Source: Octopus vulgaris (taxonomy: Eukaryota). Taken from it: 64,000 nt of DNA. This document shows, piece after piece, positions 56,201 to 64,000 of the stretch. The position numbers and the translations under genes were made by a program. The notes beneath the pieces were generated by a model. The model saw only the letters and a list, made by a program, of their open reading frames with translations, did no database searches and had not been told where the DNA came from. The stretch spans positions 148,242,001 to 148,306,000 of the forward strand of contig OX597816.1 in the NCBI GenBank assembly GCA_951406725.2, read 5' to 3'. The stretch's first letter is position 1; the number at the start of each line of letters is the position of its first letter.

Positions 56201-56559
56201 CAAATTATAACCCCGCCAAAAAGAGAAAAATTTGAAAATTTGTAAAGAAATCAATTGATTAAATTGATATCCAGAGTTTTACCAAAAGCGTTGCCGGTCT
56301 TTCCTCTCCCTAATCCATTATAGAATTCAAGGATTGACGTACCTCTGATACGCTGCCCAGAATCACATCTCGGTCTCCACTTGACCCACAACACCACTCC
56401 ATTAAAATGAAGAACAATGAAAAGATTTGTCTGAGGTGGCGATCACACCATTCCGCCCGGGAATCTTTGCGGATGCTGCACCCTAAACATATGCCAAAGC
56501 ATTATTACAAAAGTGTGTTGATACCAGATTGACATTCTGACCTATTGGTTGCTTCTCTT

Positions 56560-56950
56560 CCTTAAGACACACAAGATTATAAACTCCGCTCTGAGCAGAT
56601 GAAAACTGATAAAAAACAATGGTTTACACCTTAATAAGTGACGGAGATGAATATATTTCCCCATTACAGCCTGAACTTTCAGGTAGATCTTGCTCTCAAC
56701 TCATTTGTGGGAGTAACTAACCACTCTGCAGTCGTTGATCAGAGAATGGAGATTTTAAAAATTGAATGCAGGAAATACCATACAAGCAATCAAAATGAGT
56801 ATACTATTACTGACAAGGTAAGGAACAATAATTATTGAAAGGAGCAAGAACGAATTGAGTGATACTGACAGAAAAAGAATAAACGCAGTTAAATCCAACC
56901 AGTTATCCCTGATGCCTTGGGAACTGTGATGAAGAATTTTAGTGTAAATC
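56560..56950 (+). mobile_element. Possible very old R4-like LINE 3' fragment
   Basis: Only PVIPDALGTV near 56900-56930 resembles the conserved VPVVIGALG motif. Confidence 0.25.
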
Positions 56951-58023
56951 TTTGAAAGCGAGTGCAAAAAAAAAAAAACTATTTGTTTGATTCGGCACGA
57001 ATTATCGGGAGATTCTTGGATACGAAGTAAAATCAGATATGAAAAATCATAAAATATCATTACAAGAGATTTTTTTTACAAAAGGGAGGGAAATGCTTTT
57101 CATCTTAGACCACGAATTATGGTTCGATAGACAGCAGAATTAACGCTGTTACAGCATCAACACCGTATAGCTGCAGTTTAGTAGTAGTAGTAGTAGTAGT
57201 AGCAGTAGTAGTTGTAGTAGCAGCAGCAGCAGCATTTGTACTGTCCTTTGTTCCACGGCCAAATTTTTTTATTGTACGGCCAACTTTGCATTCTGTTTGT
57301 GGAGTTTCATTGTTATATGCAAGTAGTGTATTATACATTATTCATAACATTAATAACCACGCTAAAATATAAATACTCTGCGCTAATTAAATATAATTTG
57401 TGCAGTGACTTCGATAAAAATTCTTTATAATGTTTGTATAAAATACGTTATGTTCATTAAATATATTTTGGACAGCTACTGCAATAAACATCTTTTCAAT
57501 AGAACTTTAAATGGGAACCATGATGTGAGCAGAGCAGATCATTAAAACCAGTAAGACTACTATATAACTAGGTAAATTATCTTCTTTCAAAAACCTCTAA
57601 CAACAAATTAGACTTGTAACACTATATTACAGGAATTTCTCTGGCCCTGCTCTATGTTCATTATTAAACACAAATGATGTATTGAAGCTGTCATTATCAT
57701 CATTCATCTATTCATCCATTCATTCATCCACCTTTAGGAAGAAATTGCCTGACATCATTTGTGTGACTAGTTTCCAAGGCGTTTTAATATCTGCGGTCAT
57801 GGTTTCATTCTAACAAATCAAGAAAACTCCCAAATCTCTTTTTGGATACAGAGCACCATGACAACGGAAAAAATTGAACTTAATATCGTAGAATATCTAA
57901 ATTGCTGGAAATTAAAAAAATTATAATACTGCTGATTAGAGAACTATGAAACTTTACTGTAGCTACTCAAAGTAAAATTGGCTGGCCTGTTGAGAGCTAT
58001 TCGTCTTCAAATTTTACACAATC

Positions 58024-58063
<40 letters not shown>

Positions 58064-58207
58064 CACACGCGCGCGCACACACATACATCTGTAGATCAGC
58101 AGTAAGGACTTTCTAAAGTATTAAGGGCAAATCCCAAATGCGTAAGAAGCTATGAAATGCGCCTGTATAGAGAACACACACACACACACACACACACATC
58201 TATCTAT

Positions 58208-58247
<40 letters not shown>

Positions 58248-58251
<4 letters not shown>

Positions 58252-59150
58252 GGTCATCCCACAAATAATGCAGTTTTTTTTTATAGTTCATTTATTTTTC
58301 ATAATTAAGATAAACAAAGTTCCTTTTTAATCTAAAATATACTCTCCTTCATTTTCTACAATGCCTTTTCATCTATCTGGTAGACTTGCAAAGCCCCTCT
58401 TCCAAAATTCACTTCTCCGTGAAGAAAAATACTCCTCCACTACTGTTCTGACCTCGTCGATAGAATTCGTATTTTTTCCGTCTAAATGATTTTGAAGACT
58501 GTGGAATAAATGATAATTAGATGGGCGAACATGGTGGATGGAGCATTGTTTCCCATTCAAATTGCTCCAGCCTTTGGAAAGTCATTCTCGCTGTATGTGA
58601 CCGAGCATTATTCTGATGGAAGAACACCTTTCGTCTTGAAACCAAATATGGTCGTTTTTCATCTAGCGCTGACTTGAATGACTGGTTGAATGTCCAAATC
58701 CAAGCTTCTCTGCTACTTCCTCAACAGCTAGGTTGGGATTTTGCACCACCAGGGTGTGCAGGACATCTTCGTCGAGCTCTACATATTTTCCAGGACGAGG
58801 CTCGTCTTCTAGGCTGTAGTTTCCGGCTCGTAATTTCTGGAGCAACCATTAGCTTGCGCTTATTGTCCGACACCCATATACTGCATTAATATTCCTCGCA
58901 TTTTCCGTTGCGTTGTTGCCTTCATTGAACTCATGAGGTAAAACACGCTCCTCTGTTACTTCCATTATAGCTTTGAAAAAAATAACTGTTAAAATAGAAC
59001 TGCACTCTTCAAAATTTGCACTAAGAATAAGTCCAAGGTAAAATTTTTGCCTTCTTTTATAGTAAGTTGATGCAGATTGTTTATTCCGTTCTCCTCCGAC
59101 TTTTAGTTCATGCAATTGATAAAACCGCATTACTTATGGGATGACCCATA
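58248..59150 (-). mobile_element. Mariner transposon with internal deletion, both TIRs present, inserted in TA
   Basis: TIRs tgggtcatcccacaaataatgcagtttt / aaaaccgcattacttatgggatgaccca; HEFNEGNNATENARNINAVYG, LEDEPRPGK, FFHQNNARSHTA, PSNYHLFHSLQNHL; first catalytic Asp region missing. Confidence 0.92.
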
Positions 59151-59160
59151 TATATATATA

Positions 59161-60469
<1,309 letters not shown>

Positions 60470-60792
60470 TGCCGTAATGTTTCACTTCCACACACGCCGG
60501 CTTAATTTGATTCGTCTTTAGTCGAATGATACATGTTGTTAATGTCCTGTTGTTTGCATCTGTATTTACGTACCATTTCTCCGTTTTTTCCGTCCTTGTT
60601 TTCGTATGCATTCGTTGTTTTCTTCCATTTAAGTTGCAAATATACTTCACGATATTGTGCAGCTATATTTATTATTATATGTTTACAGTTATTTATTATT
60701 GTATGTTTACACTTTCTCGAGATCAGTGATTTTCGTCAATGGAATATATATATATATTTGCATTGAGAATCATTTCTCATCCCGGTGGCTGT

Positions 60793-60837
60793 CACACCCC
60801 GATGATGCGTCAATATCAAGAAACTCGGGTCCGTGTG
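60793..60837 (+). ncRNA. Minimal hammerhead-like motif (CCGAUGA core)
   Basis: CACACC-CCGAUGA-UGCGUCAAUAUCAA-GAAA-CUCGGG-UC-CGUGUG: 5-bp stem I, near-palindromic stem III, GUC triplet; stem II poor. Confidence 0.5.
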
Positions 60838-61020
60838 TATCACGTCAGGCTGGAGATGAGAATGACGACTTCCCTTTGCAAATATTGACTGGGCACAGAT
60901 AGTGTGTCAATACACACTCACACACCTATACATGCATATATAATTATATTTAAACTATTTACATTTTTTTTTACATTATTTACATTTGACGGATATTTGT
61001 CCTCATCTTGTTTGTTCTTA

Positions 61021-61064
61021 ACACAACGTTTCGGTTGGTATACCCTCCAACCTCCCAAGGTGAC
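61021..61064 (-). ncRNA. Minimal hammerhead-like motif with decayed CUGA core
   Basis: GUCAC-CUUGGGA-GGUUG(GAGGGUAUAC)CAACC-GAAAC-GUU-GUGU: 5-bp stem II, AACGUU palindrome, CAC/GUG stem I. Confidence 0.5.
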
Positions 61065-61155
61065 TTGGGAAAATTTCGAACCTGGGTTCTCATTTCTAAG
61101 GTATTTTCGGAATCTTAAATATAGGACCATAATTATGTTCAAATATAATTATATA

Positions 61156-61224
<69 letters not shown>

Positions 61225-62089
61225 ATACGCACACTCATATAATTTTTTAACCACTTTTTCATCGGTAAATTTCGTAGCCGAATATTTGTGGGTGATAATT
61301 AATCTTGTTTTAAAGCATTAGACATTGGACTTGGTGTTGTTGATTCGTATCTTGTCATCAGCATTACTGTGAGCCCATAAACATGTCGCTGAATTTTTGC
61401 CATGTTGTTGTATAGAAATGTACCGAAGCAGCATTCGCATTTACTATTTGCATTAAGTTCTCTTTACTCTATACTTTTACACAGGTTATTGGGCTAAGGA
61501 CGTGAAACCAATTGAATACAGAAAATATCAGATTTGAGCCTGAAAATTATTTCGACCAGCCTCGCCATTAAGTTCCACATATTTATTACAGCCTGTTAGC
61601 TCTGAGGATAGGTCAAAGTAGCTTCCTACTGAATACTGACTACTAAGATGCAGACACAAAGGAATTCACTATCAGCTTAAATCTTACACATAAATACTAA
61701 TTCCTTGACGATAAGAAATTGAATCAGAATTGCTAAAATATAAGCGAGGAGAACTGAATTAAAATATCTATTTAAAAGATAATTAATGCTCGTAGATGTC
61801 GCAGGTAACAGATAATTATCTTTTTCTCCTTCTCCTTAGCTCTTATCCTCTCTGCCTTCTCCTTCTCTCTACCTACCTGTTTATACATAGACACACTTGT
61901 GTGTGTGTGTATGTGTGTGCGTGCGTGTATTGGTCTGTACACAATGTATAAAACACACTGTATACGCTTAATAAAATTTCATAAAATATGGAAATAGATT
62001 TTTACCCGAATAACCACAGAGAAACACTCGTGCACGTATACGGGTATCAAAACACAAACACACAAGCACAGGAATAAGTGTGTGTGTGC

Positions 62090-62276
62090 CGCCATGATAG
62101 ATCGCTAGACATTACACATTCTTTACTTTCTCTCCTTGTTTCTTTCTGTGTTCCTTTCTGTGGAAGAGCGTAGGCTCGAAATGTTAAAAACTTTGTCACT
62201 TCCCGAGGGTTAAACTAATACATCTGTTTGTTGTCTACACCACCTGTCTTCAACTTTTGTTTTTTGTGAATTCTCG

Positions 62277-62280
<4 letters not shown>
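62090..62280 (+). mobile_element. Second copy of the hammerhead-bearing short repeat seen at 3690-3917
   Basis: ctttctgtggaagagcgtaggctcgaaatgttaaa (62153-62190); ends in (TA)n; its 3' end recurs inverted at 62342-62391. Confidence 0.65.
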
Positions 62281-62326
<46 letters not shown>

Positions 62327-62528
62327 GGGGGGAGAGAGAGAGAGAATTCACCAAAAAACAAAAATTGAGGCAGATGGTGTAAAGTCAACAATTTAATGTT
62401 CTAAAGTTGATGAACCAACTAATGTGCTTCTCCATTTTCTTATTTGCTATAAATGAATAGAAAACAGGACAAGTAGCATAAAGAACGACCCTTCATCAAT
62501 TGTCAATCATATATATATACATTTCGAG

Positions 62529-62576
<48 letters not shown>

Positions 62577-62675
62577 CATACATACATACATACATACATA
62601 CATACATACATACATACATACATACATACATACATACATACATACATACGTACATACACACATACACACACACAG

Positions 62676-62706
<31 letters not shown>

Positions 62707-63706
62707 TGAAATGCGTTTTTACCGCTTGGATCGCTTTCAATGCCACTACGTCCCGTCCGATTCGCTCAAAAATTTACAGGGACACGTAGAATGAGGTGAC
62801 GATGCTCGTGGGCTACCTTAGAAATCCCTAGCTTGAAAGGTGTGGTTGCTAGGGGCCATCTTCCTCACTCACGCTATTTCTTTCTTTCCCTCTCTTACTC
62901 CCCTTCATTTATAACTTTGAGAATGCCACTCCTGTTATTTAATGTATTACCCTCAACACCCTTTCACTTTCCCTTTATAAGTCCATCAGACGGCTTTCTT
63001 TGATGTATCTGTCTGCATTCATAGGGAGAATTATCATCGCTACAAATCATGTATATGTCTTCCTCACTCACTCACTCTTTTTCCTAAAGATAATTATCAT
63101 CGCCACCACCACCACCACCACCAACACACAATACTCATTCTATTTCATACAAACGGCCTTCTTTTATGTATCTGTCTGTGTGAAAGAGAGAGATAACTGA
63201 AATTTTTTACTCGGTTTTTGTAGTGCGTGCGTGTATATGCATGTATGTGTATATGTATGTATGCATGTATGTGTGTGTGTGTATGTATCTATGTATGTGT
63301 GTGTGTATGTATGTGTATGTGTGTGTGTATGTGTGTGTATGTGTGAGTGTGTATGTATGTACCTTTGCCTGTTTATGTAACGGTCTGCTATGTAGAAAAT
63401 AATGAGGTTGACTCAATGGAAATACATACACACACACACACATACATACACACACATGCACACATACATACACACACATACATACACACACACACATACA
63501 TAGATGCAGTCCTAATGTTAAAAGTGCTGGCAAGTTTGCATGACAACTATTTTTTTTCCTCAAATGAAAGACGTGACCTCTAGGACAAAATTCCTCATCT
63601 TATAAAATGTGGCCCCAGTACACCCGAATGAAATCGCGTTATATTAACCAAAATGTGAAAAGGGGTCTAAATGGGGCTGGAAGGGGATTAAAATTTCAAG
63701 GAGCGG

Positions 63707-63992
63707 GTGTTTAGGAATTCTCTGTTACATCAAGCTAAAAAAATTGCGCCAGCCTTTTAATCGTCAATGTGTTGCCGTCCATGATGAAGAAGTTCAAATG
63801 CTTGCCATGGTGAGTCTACTGTTGTGAAAAAGAATTACTTCAAAACTTGGTGTTTAGGGATTTTCTTTTACATCAAGTTCAAAATTTTACGCCAGCCGTT
63901 AAACTGTCAAAACGTTGCTGTCCGTCGTTAAGAAATGCCAGCCATGCTGACTCTACTACCCTCAGATTCTATCCCTTCAAACTTTGGTTTCC
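63707..63992 (+). repeat. Diverged tandem repeat, period about 143 bp, two units
   Basis: gtgtttagg..ttacatcaag..cgccagcc..gtcaa..gttgc.gtcc..aagaa..gccatg.tga.tctact starts at 63707 and 63850. Confidence 0.7.
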
Positions 63993-64000
63993 AATATTTT

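Overview
AT-rich, microsatellite-dense eukaryotic non-coding DNA. The SINE families and repeat make-up suggest an octopus/cephalopod genome (inference from pattern recognition, not a search). I found no credible host protein-coding gene, rRNA or true tRNA. Nearly all ORFs in the track are translations of (TA)n, (TACA)n, (TG)n, (GATA)n, (GTA)n or (TAA)n tracts. The window holds decayed mobile elements: at least four SINE or SINE-like families, an RTE LINE, a Tx1/L1-like LINE, an R4/Dong-like LINE next to (TAA)n, three Penelope-like (GIY-YIG) remnants, and mariner, DD37D, pogo/Tigger and Tc2/pogo-like transposons. The most notable signals are: (i) eight minimal hammerhead-ribozyme-like motifs in several short non-coding elements next to (TA)n tracts, two other such elements having Penelope-type partial-tandem or inverted architecture; (ii) a perfect 26-bp foldback at the 5' truncation point of the RTE LINE; (iii) a near-identical A-B-A'-C-B' duplication at 47.06-54.63 kb; (iv) many short templated foldback or duplication scars.
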